Below are positions 38,885 to 50,400 of a DNA stretch of 64,000 bases, in pieces. Origin of the DNA: an uncultured Pseudomonadales bacterium (GTDB lineage Bacteria > Patescibacteriota > Microgenomatia > UBA1400 > PJMF01). The stretch spans positions 25,056 through 89,055 of the forward strand of contig CAZYNM010000002.1 of the NCBI GenBank assembly GCA_964648715.1, given 5' to 3'. The number at the start of each line of letters is the position of its first letter. The first letter of the stretch is position 1. A program made the position numbers and the translations under genes. The notes under the pieces are model-generated. The model did not search any database. It was not told where the DNA came from and was given only the letters and a program-made list of their open reading frames with translations.

Positions 38885-41005
38885 CTAAGGTGCCGGAGTA
38901 GGAGAAGGCTTTGCACCTTCAAGCTCACCGCTGAGGGTGGTTTTCTTATCAGCTGGCACATCATTACTCACAGGCGCTTTGATGACGCTGCTCTCATTCT
39001 CTCCAAGACTTTGATCTAAAATTGAGGGAGGTTTCTTACCGTCGCTTGTTTGTTGTTGCTGAGTCGTCCCAGCTTTCTTTGCAGCATTCTTTTCATCTTC
39101 TGCAACCAATTTATTGATCTGCTCAAGCTCTGCACTAACCTTCTTATATTCCTCTGTCTCAGTTCCAGTTGTGCTCTGCAAGAGGGTTACTAGAGTAGCA
39201 TAGGATGCTTGAGCTTCTTTATGCGCGCCCAACTGCATATAAGCATATCCAAGATTGTAGTAAGCATTGGGAAAATCCTGCTTTATATCAACAGCTTGCT
39301 GGAATATGGAAGCGGCTTGTTGATATTGCTTTTGGTCAAGAAAGATACCTCCTAATGCAATTCTTAAACCTGGATTGGTGGGGTCATTGTTAATTGCTTG
39401 AATATAGGATTGTACGGCAAATTGATCCGCTTGATCTACAGCTCCAATCATGTTTTTGTATACTTGTGCGAGTACTGCCCAATTTTCAACATCGAGCGAA
39501 TCAAGCAGTGTTGCAGAACGTGCTTCACGAACTGCCTGTTGAAGAAGTTGCGCAATCTGTTGCTTTTCCGCATCTGTTACATCTGTTTTACTCGAGAGTG
39601 ATGTCGCGATAAACATATTTGTCAAAGCATAATCGCGTCGCAAGACGTCAATGTATGGATTGAGTTGAATAGCCTTTTGTTGCAATTCATAGGTCTTCAC
39701 CACATCTTGAGCAGCGAGTGCTCTTGATGCTTGCATAACTGTGTAGCTTGCCAAAGCAAACTTACTGAAATGGTAACCACTGAACAGCACACCAATTAAA
39801 AGTACCCCACTCATAATAAATACGGGGAATGAGGCTTTCTGAGCAGTGGCTCCATGTACATGAGGAGAGTCAACTTCCATGGTCATTGTTAAGGCTTGGA
39901 GCTTGAAAACAGGAAGCTTCTCACTTTGTGCAGCAAAAAGAGCAGTTATCAATACAGCCTGAACAATAACTATACTCAGCGTAGTAGGGAATAAAAGTTG
40001 GAGTACAAACAGAGCTGCTACCATAGCTGCCACAGCTCTTGATGTACCTGTGTAAGCTTGGAACATACGAACACTCTGCCATGCAACTAAAGTCCATGTG
40101 GCAAGTCCGAAGAAGCCCATCGTTACAAGTAGCGTAAATGGGACGTTGCTTGCTTGTGAGAAAGGTACATTCCAAGTGCTGAGTGCGTTCAACCAAATTG
40201 GTTTAAATCGCAAATACAAATTTGAATATGATGATGCACCACCACCAATAAGTGCTGCTTTTGGTGAACGTATGGTGTCAAGTGCAATAGACCAGCTGCC
40301 TGTCCACGAAGCAGTAGTGACGGCACCAGGTTTTCCAGGTAATACTGTCCACAAATGGAGGACAATTCCCACAACAAGTATGGGAGTAACTGCGAGCATC
40401 CATTTACTAATATGTTTGTGAGAAATCGCATCTACAGCAATACCAATCATAGCAATGATCAGAATTTGCAAAGCAAAGAAGCTACTTCCTGCAAGACTAA
40501 ACCCAGTAGCACCTGTTGTGGGAATTGTGACACCGAAGAGTGCATTAAGTAATTGAACTGGTCCATAGCCAATCATTTGTGCTGCCAATGCAACAGTAAG
40601 TACAACACCAATCGCGCCAAGCATTGGAAGCACTTTCTTGGCTAAGCCGGAACTCGCTACACTTCCACCTAAAAGGCTCATGATGACCAAAGCCATATAT
40701 GCGCCACCAAATCCCAACACTGCCTCTACAGGATAATTATTGGTGAAAAATGTAGATGCGGTAGCTGCAAGCCCAAACAAAAAGAGTGGCAAAGTAAGAG
40801 GTGAGATCTTAACCTCAATAGTTTTTTTGCTGAGGGTGTAAAAAATATATACTATCGCAGTAAGGAGTGTGCCAACTACAAAAAAAGCATACTTAGAAAA
40901 GAAGACAAAGTTATCAAAAAGAGGAACAACTGCCAACACACCCAAGACAAGCGTTGTGAGCAACACACTATCAATTGTTTTCTTGAGCATGTTTGTGGTA
41001 ACCAT
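38885..41005 (-). CDS. Polytopic membrane protein with C-terminal TPR repeats (O-antigen-ligase-like layout)
   Basis: About 12 TM helices, loop W.IA....P...IG.G...Y, then TPRs (AI..DP.NP..R..LGG, A..IK.DF.NAYYNLG). Confidence 0.7.
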   Translation of the reverse strand: MVTTNMLKKTIDSVLLTTLVLGVLAVVPLFDNFVFFSKYAFFVVGTLLTAIVYIFYTLSKKTIEVKISPLTLPLFLFGLAATASTFFTNNYPVEAVLGFGGAYMALVIMSLLGGSVASSGLAKKVLPMLGAIGVVLTVALAAQMIGYGPVQLLNALFGVTIPTTGATGFSLAGSSFFALQILIIAMIGIAVDAISHKHISKWMLAVTPILVVGIVLHLWTVLPGKPGAVTTASWTGSWSIALDTIRSPKAALIGGGASSYSNLYLRFKPIWLNALSTWNVPFSQASNVPFTLLVTMGFFGLATWTLVAWQSVRMFQAYTGTSRAVAAMVAALFVLQLLFPTTLSIVIVQAVLITALFAAQSEKLPVFKLQALTMTMEVDSPHVHGATAQKASFPVFIMSGVLLIGVLFSGYHFSKFALASYTVMQASRALAAQDVVKTYELQQKAIQLNPYIDVLRRDYALTNMFIATSLSSKTDVTDAEKQQIAQLLQQAVREARSATLLDSLDVENWAVLAQVYKNMIGAVDQADQFAVQSYIQAINNDPTNPGLRIALGGIFLDQKQYQQAASIFQQAVDIKQDFPNAYYNLGYAYMQLGAHKEAQASYATLVTLLQSTTGTETEEYKKVSAELEQINKLVAEDEKNAAKKAGTTQQQQTSDGKKPPSILDQSLGENESSVIKAPVSNDVPADKKTTLSGELEGAKPSPTPAP

Positions 41006-41099
41006 AGAGTGCCTCTCAGGTTGAAGAAAGTACCATTCATTTAAGCAAATGTGAGCCCCTCTTGTAAAGAGATAAATATGCTACACTTTGTAGGTAGCA

Positions 41100-41585
41100 A
41101 TGAAAAAAAAGACATCAGCTGGCATGACGCTCATTGAAGTTATGATTGTAGTAGGCACTCTTGTTGTCCTGATGACTGCACTTATGGTGAGCATTCTTCC
41201 TGCACTAGCTAAAGGAAGAGATGGAAGAAGAAAAGCAGATTTAGAACGTATTTCCAAAGCCCTTGAAGAGTATTATAACGATAATGGGGGATATCCAGCA
41301 TCCTTAGATACCTGTGGGAGGGGCACTGTCTTAGCTCCGTACCTCGCTGATGTGCCTTGTGATCCCATTACGAAAGAGGAGTACACCTATTATGTAAATA
41401 CTGATGATCAATGTACTCCTTTGTGTAGAAGTTACACCCTTTACACAAACCTTGATAATAAAAAAGATCCTCAAATTGAAAAAATAGGCTGTGGGGGGGC
41501 AAGTGGATGTTATACATCTGCACCACCCTCAAATACTAAATATAATTATGGTGTTGCATCTTCTAATAGATCGGTGAAACGGTAA
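41100..41585 (+). CDS. Type IV pilin / GspG-like pseudopilin
   Basis: Class III signal G|MTLIE; RD.RRK.DL..I..ALE.YYND.G.YP; Cys-rich tip. Confidence 0.85.
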   Translation: MKKKTSAGMTLIEVMIVVGTLVVLMTALMVSILPALAKGRDGRRKADLERISKALEEYYNDNGGYPASLDTCGRGTVLAPYLADVPCDPITKEEYTYYVNTDDQCTPLCRSYTLYTNLDNKKDPQIEKIGCGGASGCYTSAPPSNTKYNYGVASSNRSVKR

Positions 41586-41608
41586 ACAAAATGTGCTACA
41601 ACTATAGT

Positions 41609-42142
41609 ATGCGGACAAAACGCGGTTTTACCCTTATAGAACTGTTGGTAGCTATAACCATACTGGGTGTTTTGGTATCGGTGGGATTAGGGGCTTTTGC
41701 TTCTTCCCAGAAGAAGGCTCGAGATTCTAAAAGAAAAACTGATCTAGAAAGCATCTCAAGAGCAATGGAGTTGTACTATAACGACTGCGGTGCATATCCC
41801 ACTACAAGTGGCTCGGGTGATATTGTTGGTTGTGGAAATACTGGAAGCTGTAATACGAGCGCTGCCACATGTACCCCCGGACAACAATGGATACGAAATG
41901 GCATTATTTATATGCAGGAACTACCTTCTGACCCACTTGGCAATTACTATTATGATTGGTCATCTAGTGGCTATGTTTTGTATGCTCGTTTAGAGAACAC
42001 CAGTGATAGCGCTGTGCCTCATTCTGGAGGCACGCCACTTGGATATAAAGATATTTGGTGCAGAGTCAGCCCTCATGATCAATGTAATTATGGATTAGCT
42101 GGTCCAGGGGCAAGCGTGAGCACGCTAACAGTGGTTGACTAG
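41609..42142 (+). CDS. Type IV pilin / GspG-like pseudopilin
   Basis: RG|FTLIELL; ARDSKRK.DL; YYND.G.YP; LP.DP. Confidence 0.88.
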   Translation: MRTKRGFTLIELLVAITILGVLVSVGLGAFASSQKKARDSKRKTDLESISRAMELYYNDCGAYPTTSGSGDIVGCGNTGSCNTSAATCTPGQQWIRNGIIYMQELPSDPLGNYYYDWSSSGYVLYARLENTSDSAVPHSGGTPLGYKDIWCRVSPHDQCNYGLAGPGASVSTLTVVD

Positions 42143-42145
42143 ATT

Positions 42146-42577
42146 ATGAAAAAGATAACGCAACTGAATGGCTTTACACTAATCGAGGTGCTCGTAGTAA
42201 TTTCTATCATTGGTATTCTTGCCTCGTTTATTTTACCCAACCTACTGGGAATGCGGCAGCGTGCAGCTGACACCAAAACAAAAAATAATATGAATCAGTT
42301 TAAGAACGCGCTCAGATTATATTATAATGATAACCAAGCATATCCAGATGTGGCAAGCGAAACAGACTGCAACGCAGCCTCATTAACATCTGCCCTGGCT
42401 CCTTATATCGACACAGATAATATTCCACTCGGTTGCAAGTATCTTGATCAAGACTCAGCAAATGGCTTTTATGCCTATGTTTCACTTGCTACAAGTGCAG
42501 GTACTGAGGATACAGAAAGTGCTGACCAATGTGGAAGAACGTCAATTGACCAGAGATATTATGTATGCGGCAAGTAG
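42146..42577 (+). CDS. Type IV pilin / GspG-like pseudopilin
   Basis: NG|FTLIEVL; ALRLYYND...YP. Confidence 0.88.
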   Translation: MKKITQLNGFTLIEVLVVISIIGILASFILPNLLGMRQRAADTKTKNNMNQFKNALRLYYNDNQAYPDVASETDCNAASLTSALAPYIDTDNIPLGCKYLDQDSANGFYAYVSLATSAGTEDTESADQCGRTSIDQRYYVCGK

Positions 42578-43047
42578 GTTTTACTCTCATTGAGATACTT
42601 GTGGTTGTAGCAGTAATTGGTGTATTGACTGCTGTTCTTCTTGTTAATATCACAAGCATACGTGAACGTGCTGCTGATACTAAAAAAATTCAAAAACTCG
42701 AGCAGTTTATGTTTGCGCTGCGTATGTATTACAACGATAATAAAAAATATCCTGAGACAGGTGGGCCGCAAAATGCGCGTAATATTACTGGAGCATCAAG
42801 CATATATATGAAGAAGTACTTTGGTGAGCTTATGTATTACAATCGTTTGCTTTCTCATAGGAATGCAGCAAATGAAATGCAGTTTGATGCAGTTGTGGCC
42901 TGCATAGTCGTTTCCAGTTCAAGCCAAAAAGAGATTGAGAGGTCGCAGGCAAAGTGCTTCCCCAATGGCATAGATGCAAACCAGGACAACGAACTTACTA
43001 TCTACAACTGCCGTAAGGCCACTTGCTACTGTGACTGTATCTTCTAG
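42565..43047 (+). CDS. Type IV pilin / GspG-like pseudopilin
   Basis: VG|FTLIEIL; ALRMYYND.K.YP; Cys-rich C-terminus. Confidence 0.85.
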   Translation: MRQVGFTLIEILVVVAVIGVLTAVLLVNITSIRERAADTKKIQKLEQFMFALRMYYNDNKKYPETGGPQNARNITGASSIYMKKYFGELMYYNRLLSHRNAANEMQFDAVVACIVVSSSSQKEIERSQAKCFPNGIDANQDNELTIYNCRKATCYCDCIF

Positions 43048-43058
43048 TCTCACTCAGC

Positions 43059-44387
43059 TTATGGAGTTACTATCAAAGGAAAGTATAGGTAGTTTTTTTC
43101 TTCAACTGGTTTTTCTATCTCAGCAGGAAGTTGTGTGTGTGTATCAGGAGAACCATCTCCATTGGTATCGATAGCGATAGGAATATTAACATCAGCACCG
43201 TGGGACTGCTCTATAGCAGCGGCAACTTCACGTGTATTGAGACTTATGCTCCCAGAAGAAAATGAATCTGGACTGATGAAACTTTTGGTAGTTGTACCAT
43301 CCGCAAATCCTACGCTAAGTGTGAAGCCGTCTGCGTCGCCAGTTGTGGCTGCCACAGTGATATCATAGTCTGCGGTTGCAAGTGAGGTGGCCTCGGCTGC
43401 GCCCACTAATTCGTTGGATGAGAGCGATAGCTCTCCAGAAGTCTCAAAGTCTGACACTTCAACATGTGTGCCATCTGGACTGCTATTAAGACCAATGGTA
43501 TCACTCAACACAACCCCAGATATATCTAAGTTAATAGGAAGTGGAGTCGGGGATGATTGATCTGGAGTCGGAGTGATTATTGGTGTAGGCGTCAAATCTG
43601 GAGTTTCAGTAGGTGCTGTTGTTGCAGTTGACTCTGGGTTTTGAGTAGGCGCTTGAGTTGCAGTTGGCTCTTCTGTTGCAGTGGCTGCTGGAGTAGCTGT
43701 GGGCTCATCATCGTATGCACCAGCGCCTCTGAGCTGGAGTGCTGATTGGTGAGTGGTAGAAACCTCAACAGACGAAGTTAAATGTTCGCCTTCTTCATGG
43801 GTAAGTACTATTTTATTAAATAATTGATTGTTGGTATCAACAGTGTATACAGCTTTTTCTACCATATTTGGGCCAGTGGTAGAGAGGCTGGCAGTTTGAC
43901 CATCAAGAAAGGCCTCTGAGACTGATCCTTCTATGCCTGTTGTCGACATGCTGTCTTGTTGTGGATCCTCTTTGTGGATAGTTATTGGTTCATCCGCAAC
44001 TGGTTGATTATTCCTGTCATACACAGTGACTGAAATAATCGAGTACGTATCTTGTGAATGGTCTACTGTGGGAGTAGCTGTGGGCTCAGCTGGTGTAGGG
44101 GTAGCCGTGACATCTGCTTGTTGTTCACTTGTAGCGGTTGCAGTAGGTGCTTCTGGGGTGGGTGTGGAGACAGTAGGGGTTGGGGTCGCGGCTTCTGTTG
44201 TTGGTGTATCGGTAGGGTCAGGAATTGTTTGGTTAAATTCACGTCCTATGCTAGACCGATTGTTGATCACATTGAGCGCAGCATGAGCAACGGAGGGTTG
44301 ATCAGCACCATAGCTCATTCCTACGAACGCCATAAGAGCAGAAAGCAGCCCTGCCCCGATAAGTTGTTCACGCCGCAACATGCTCAT
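43059..44387 (-). CDS. Secreted acidic Thr/Pro-rich surface protein
   Basis: N-terminal signal; two PT-rich linkers; DTNGDGSPD; ends NYLYFPLIVTP; strong SD GGCGGAGG. Confidence 0.7.
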   Translation of the reverse strand: MSMLRREQLIGAGLLSALMAFVGMSYGADQPSVAHAALNVINNRSSIGREFNQTIPDPTDTPTTEAATPTPTVSTPTPEAPTATATSEQQADVTATPTPAEPTATPTVDHSQDTYSIISVTVYDRNNQPVADEPITIHKEDPQQDSMSTTGIEGSVSEAFLDGQTASLSTTGPNMVEKAVYTVDTNNQLFNKIVLTHEEGEHLTSSVEVSTTHQSALQLRGAGAYDDEPTATPAATATEEPTATQAPTQNPESTATTAPTETPDLTPTPIITPTPDQSSPTPLPINLDISGVVLSDTIGLNSSPDGTHVEVSDFETSGELSLSSNELVGAAEATSLATADYDITVAATTGDADGFTLSVGFADGTTTKSFISPDSFSSGSISLNTREVAAAIEQSHGADVNIPIAIDTNGDGSPDTHTQLPAEIEKPVEEKNYLYFPLIVTP

Positions 44388-44431
44388 AAAACCTCCGCCA
44401 TACTAGTACCTAGTATAGTACACTTTTTATA

Positions 44432-47400
44432 TTAATTCACGATCCACCAGTTGAAGCTCACATCGCCAGAAACTGCGGCGTCAAACCCCACTACAAACTT
44501 ACCTTCTTTTTCTGAGGTAGAAATGTTTTCTGTTGTTTGTGATTTGACATACAGCACTTGATTTTGAGTACTGCCAACAGGTGTTACATAGATAAGTGAA
44601 GTATCAGTTATACTTTCTGACTCAATGGTGATCTCTGAAGTGCCAGCGGGAACTTTTGCTTTTCCAGAAGTCTTTTGTGCAGAAACAGTAACGGAACTGC
44701 CGCTCGCTACAGAAGGAACTGCTATCTCTTCACTCCCAACACCAATGCCTCCAGCAAAGTTGGCTTTACCTTCTGCAGAAATTGTTGCAACAGGGGTGCC
44801 CAGTTCATTGATAATCTCAAAGCGTGATTTTTTAAGCTCACCAGATTGAGTAGAAATACCAGCCACTTGCACCTGGAATGGATTACCAAAGTCAGCTGGC
44901 TGAATGAGATTGGTAAGCAATGTATTCGTTTTGGTTTTACCAGCAATAGTAAGATCACCAGCAATAGTTGCGGTACCGTTTTGGAGCGTGATGAGGCCCG
45001 CCAAGATCTCTACTTTTCCTGTTCCACTTGGCTGAATTTGTAATACGGTGGTAGCTGGTGAAGTGCCAGTATACGCAATCACGCCGTCAGTGATGATAGT
45101 ACCGGCTCCAATCTGTAATGTCTCGCCAATTCCCAGTGCCTTAGTAACATAGGCCACACCATTCACCTCGAGATACTTACGCACAAAGACGGCAGCTGAA
45201 TCAATAAGTACATCACCGGTCACGAGTGAAACACCTTCGTGCTCAGCAAAGAACGTAGGATTCACTGGAGTGTAACCAGCTGAGCTGACTGGCTCGTATA
45301 CACTTATTGGATTCGCAGCGGGTGGAGGAGTTGGTTCATTGCCAGTCAAGAGATCTATAAAATTAGGCTGCTGGATGGCGCTGGCAATCTTAGCATCAAG
45401 GTCAGCAATATTTTGCGCGTACAAAGTGCCAGAGACTGTTGCATCAAACAGTTCTGCTGTGGTAGCTTGAACCGCCATTAATTGTGCCTGTTGTGCCTCA
45501 ATTTGTGCCAAGCGAGTACTGCCTGATATGGTGAGATTTTGTGCAATAAGTTCACCACTGATACTTGCAGTTTGAGCTGTTAAGCTGCCACTAATACTTG
45601 CTGATTCTGCCAGGAGAACGCCCAGCTGACTTTGACCGGTTGCAGTGAGTGTCCCTGCAACACTTAAATCTTGAGTAGAGAGTTGATCTACCGTTGCAAT
45701 CTCAGCATGGAGGCTTCCACTTACCGTAGCAACTTGTGTAGTCAGAGTAGTGGCATCAAGATTGGCTACACTTGCTCGCTCACTCACAAAGAGTTCTCTC
45801 GTCTGAAGGAAGCTGGTCTTCATTTTTGCGCTCATTACCTGTGCTGCTGCAATAATGTTGCTCAGAACAGTGCCATTTTGTTGAGCAGTAATGGTGTAAT
45901 TTGATTGTCCTGTACCGTTAAAAACTAATTCACCCTCAGAACCAAAAATCATGTTTGGATAGTAGTATCCTGCATGGACGTATAATAGAATTTTTCCTTC
46001 ACCTTGATCTGTAGGATCAATAGGTTCAGCGTTAAACTTAGCAATATTATTTGCACGGAGTGCTTCTTGTTCACGTGTGCCTGTTGAAACTATTGGAGAG
46101 TTTTCATTGAAGCTCTCGATTGCGTAACCAATAATCTTACCTGGTCTAATCGCTTTTGCAGCTACACCTGGGGTAGAGGATTCGGTTAATGCGTCACCTG
46201 CGGAGATTGGTCCATTGCTCAGATTGACTCTTACTGGCACTCTACCTGCAAGACCTATAGCTACTGGATTCTCTGTCGAGCTATAAAGCTCATGACCGAG
46301 CGGCTTCCCAAACTGACCTACAGGGAAGGTTGAGACTACGCCAAAAACTGAAGCTCCTTGAATTGATGAAGAACTAACCAATGTTGGGACTCCACTAATC
46401 TCAGTGAGAGAGACAACATCTCCTGGTCTAAGGCCAGCTTCAGCTCGGTAAAACTCGGCAATATCTGATGGAGTACCATTACATTCTCTGAATTCTGTAG
46501 CCGTACTTGTGCCGTCTGCTGTATTTTTGCAGACACCGATTGTTGTGTCATTTGCGGTATCAATGTCAAACTGTATTTGTCCTGCGACGTCAAGTTTCTG
46601 TGAAGCTGATGTAGCGCCAATGCCCACATTCGCCCCAGAGTTAAAATAAGATACAGTTGCCGAGTTTGCAGATAGCTTCACATCAATGTTGCCACTGAGG
46701 TCTTTGATATTGATATCACCATCCTGTGTACTTCCACCACCAATGTAGAGGTCATTACCTCCTTCGCCATACCACATGCCTACCTGCGTAGTTGTTGTGT
46801 TTGAGACCTGGAATGTTGTGCTAGACCCGTAGACGTGAAGTTTTGCTGTAGGCCCTGTTGTACCAACACCCACGTTGCCGGAGCTGTATGCATAGGCATT
46901 GAGGGTGATAGGGCTGGTACCTTTGGATAAGAAATTGAGATCTTGGTTGGTGTTTGTACCGGCTTGATAAATGGTGTTGTAACCAAATCCGATACCTTGT
47001 GTAGCGTTATCGTGCCTGAACTCTATGTTACCTGTACCACCACCTGTTTGCCCACTTTGCATGGTGCCGGTAACATACATTGTCTGTGTGTTCGTATGCG
47101 TGCCCGAACGTGTCGCACCACGAATATCCAGTTTACCCACCGTACTTGTAGTGCCTATACCCAGATTGCCACCATTAAAGTAACTATCACCTGCAGAGTT
47201 AAGAGTAACCGCTGTAACTGCTGAAAGGTTAAGTACATTAATGTTTCCATCTTGTGTTGAACTTCCACCAATATAGAGGTTGTTATTAGATTCTGAGTAA
47301 TACATGCCTCTCTGTGCTGTGGTTGTGCTGGCAATTTGGAAAGTTGTGTTTGCACCATAGACATTGAGATTGGTATTGGGTACTGTTGTGCCAATACCCA

Positions 47401-50400
47401 CATTCCCAGAAAAGTACGTGCGTCCGGATGTGCCTCCTGCTATGGTAAGGTGTGCCGCAGTATCATTGCTAATGGTGCCTCTCTGGATTAAAGAACCAGC
47501 ATTGTATAAAGTTCCACCATTATTAAACATGCCAGATGTAAATTCACACAGGGTACTTGAACCGACATTATTTTGACAGAAAATATCTGGGTAATTTGCT
47601 GAGACAGATTGTTTGAGTACTAGAGCAACTTCGCTGGATGAGCCAGAATCTACCTGCAGTCTTCCGGAAGTAGATGTGGTTCCTACACCCACATTTCCTG
47701 AAGACAGAAGCACCAAGTTATTTCTCCAATCCCATGCCGCGCCTGTGTAGTAGCGTGTTTGTAAATACATCCTTCCTGATGCATCACCATTGCTACTATT
47801 GTCTGCTGCACCTAGAATGCGTGCCTGATCCCAAATATTAGTACCATCAGTATTTGCAGCTGAAGCAAATGCGAGAGCAGCACCGTTTCCTGCAGTTCGA
47901 TTGCCTGTTCCATAAATACTGGCGTTTGAAGTAGTCACCGAATTGGTGTCTGATGCAGACTTGGCAGCTCCTACAACGTTGAAAGTAGTTAATGGGTTAG
48001 TAGTGTTGATACCTACATATCCATTACTATCAATATTAATTCTGTCGGCACCTGCAGTGGAATCATAGATTCTTAAATTGGTGCTAGGTGTTCCATTTCC
48101 CGCAATAATAGACCAGACTCTATCTGTTCCTGTCATGGTTGTTTTGAGGGAAATAGCCGCATGTGCGTCGTTTGAGACTGGCTCAATATACAGTTGTCCA
48201 GTCCATGGTGATCCTGCCGTTTCATCTTTTCTAATGTGTAAGCCGTTATTGGCAGTTGTAGTACCAATACCCACATTTCCACCACTCAAGGCCAAGAATG
48301 CTCCTTGTGAAGTTGTAAGCTCGCCATAGGCAAGGTTCTTACCTTGATAGTAACCAACATTAAGATTACTGGCTGTCTCCACACTGGGACTTTCATCAAC
48401 ACCAGTGACATGTACGCTTGCGACATCCCATGTAAAGGCAGCATTTGATCCGCTATCAACGTACCAGAATCCTATGGTGCTCAGGGTGCCGCCAGTTCCA
48501 ATTGTCTGCACGATAATGTACTCTTGCCAGTTGCCCGTGCCGGCTTGGGAAGTTAACCACTGGTAGTTACCTCCTGTGCCATATGCGTTGTTTGCATAAT
48601 ATAACGATCTACCAGATGGGATGTTTGCCCATATGCGCACAACATAGCGGTTACCTTCTCGGTAACAGTATGTATTCACGCCATTATTGGTGCCACCACA
48701 CACAGGAATGCTAGCGTAAAAGCCACCATATCCTGGATTTGGGTTACTATTTGGAGTACCCGTTCCATTGTATGAAATACGCAGTGCTTGCCCAGAAGTA
48801 TTGGGGGCAGTTGTACTCGCAACTGCACTCAAAGTTGTCTTTCCACCAGCTGAGTTATCATAGACAGTGTATCCAGTGGTGCCATCTAACATTTCTGCAT
48901 TCCGGTTGATTAATCTCCCTGCCATACTACCCAGCAAGTTGATAAGGTAGTTGTTGCGAGAAGCACTGTAATTTGTGGAGTTTCTTAAGTAAATGGAGCC
49001 AACGTTTGCTACCGCACTTGCATCAAATGTTGTGTTACCAGAAAGAACGTTGTAATCAAGAGAAGTGCCGTTTGTAGTAATAGTTAAGCCGTTACTCACA
49101 CCGGTTTGTCCGGCACGGAAGATGTTTGCTGAACCTGCTGCTACCTGGGTATCAAGTTTGTATGACGCCCCTGTTGTGCCAATACCCACGTTACCAGCAA
49201 ATGTGTTGATATCAGCTGAGCCAGCCTGAAGAATACCGTATCCAGTCCCTACACCAGATACATCCTGTGGCCAAATATACGCACCCACTGCATTGGTAAT
49301 TGCTCCAGCAGTGACAGCGGGAGAATTAGCATTGAGACCAACAGCTGTTGAGATGGTGCCACCAGCATTATTAAGCTTTATCCCAGTGTCTACACCGATA
49401 GCAGTGGGAATGGTGCCAGATCCAGTACTTTGTGCATAGAAGTATCCAGCTGTTACATTGCCAGTATTGCTGTTGCTGACAGTACCCTTAATACCGTAAA
49501 TACTACCCGCACTGTTAAAGCTGGTAGCTCCTGTGTCAAAGCTGAGTACATAGCTGCCAAAACTTTCGGTTGCACTGTTAAGACGTAATCGACCATTACT
49601 ATCAACCACGAAGTTGTCAGAACTACCAACAGTAAGCAAACCAGAAGGTGTTGTATCACCCACACCAACATTAGTGCCGTCATCCCACAAGACACCAGTG
49701 CCGATAGAGCCGGTGCCAGTCCATCGGGCAACTCTGTTGGTGACGCCACTACCAGTGACGAAGCTACCAGAACAATCAGTCAATACACCACTTCCGTCTT
49801 TACACACTGCTGTTGTGGTGCCCGCACCGTATGTTCGTACACGTAAGGTACCATTCACATCAAGAGTATTGGTGGGGCCTGTTGTGCCAATACCAGTATT
49901 CCCGTTGTTGAGTAGGGTAAGTTTGGCGGCAAGACCATTATCACCACCCGGTGAGGTTTGGAAGTCAAGTCTTCCACCATTGAGCATATCAATTGTACTG
50001 ACGGTGGTGTTACGTAGTACCAGTGAGCCAGAAGCAGATGCATCGCCAGCCACATCAAGTTTGGCAGTTGGGGTAGTGGAGCCCACACCAACATTACCAG
50101 TACCATTTGGAGAAAGTATGATGTGTCCATTCCCCGCGTTTGTAGCCAAAGTAAGGTTCCCAGTGCTTGTGCGAATGGTTGAGGCACCATTGCTTTCAAG
50201 TTGCCCACCTGATAAAACACTCCATTTTAAACTGCCATTTGTGTTGAAGCGAACAGCGTTGGCACCCGTAGCACTTATATCTAGGTTCCCTGCGTATGTG
50301 TATAGTGGACTATCGACAGAAGTGTTGAAATAGCCAGTTCCATATTTGAGTGAAGCAGTACCAAGGTTTAAGCCATTATTTGTAGCAGGCTGCAGAGCGG

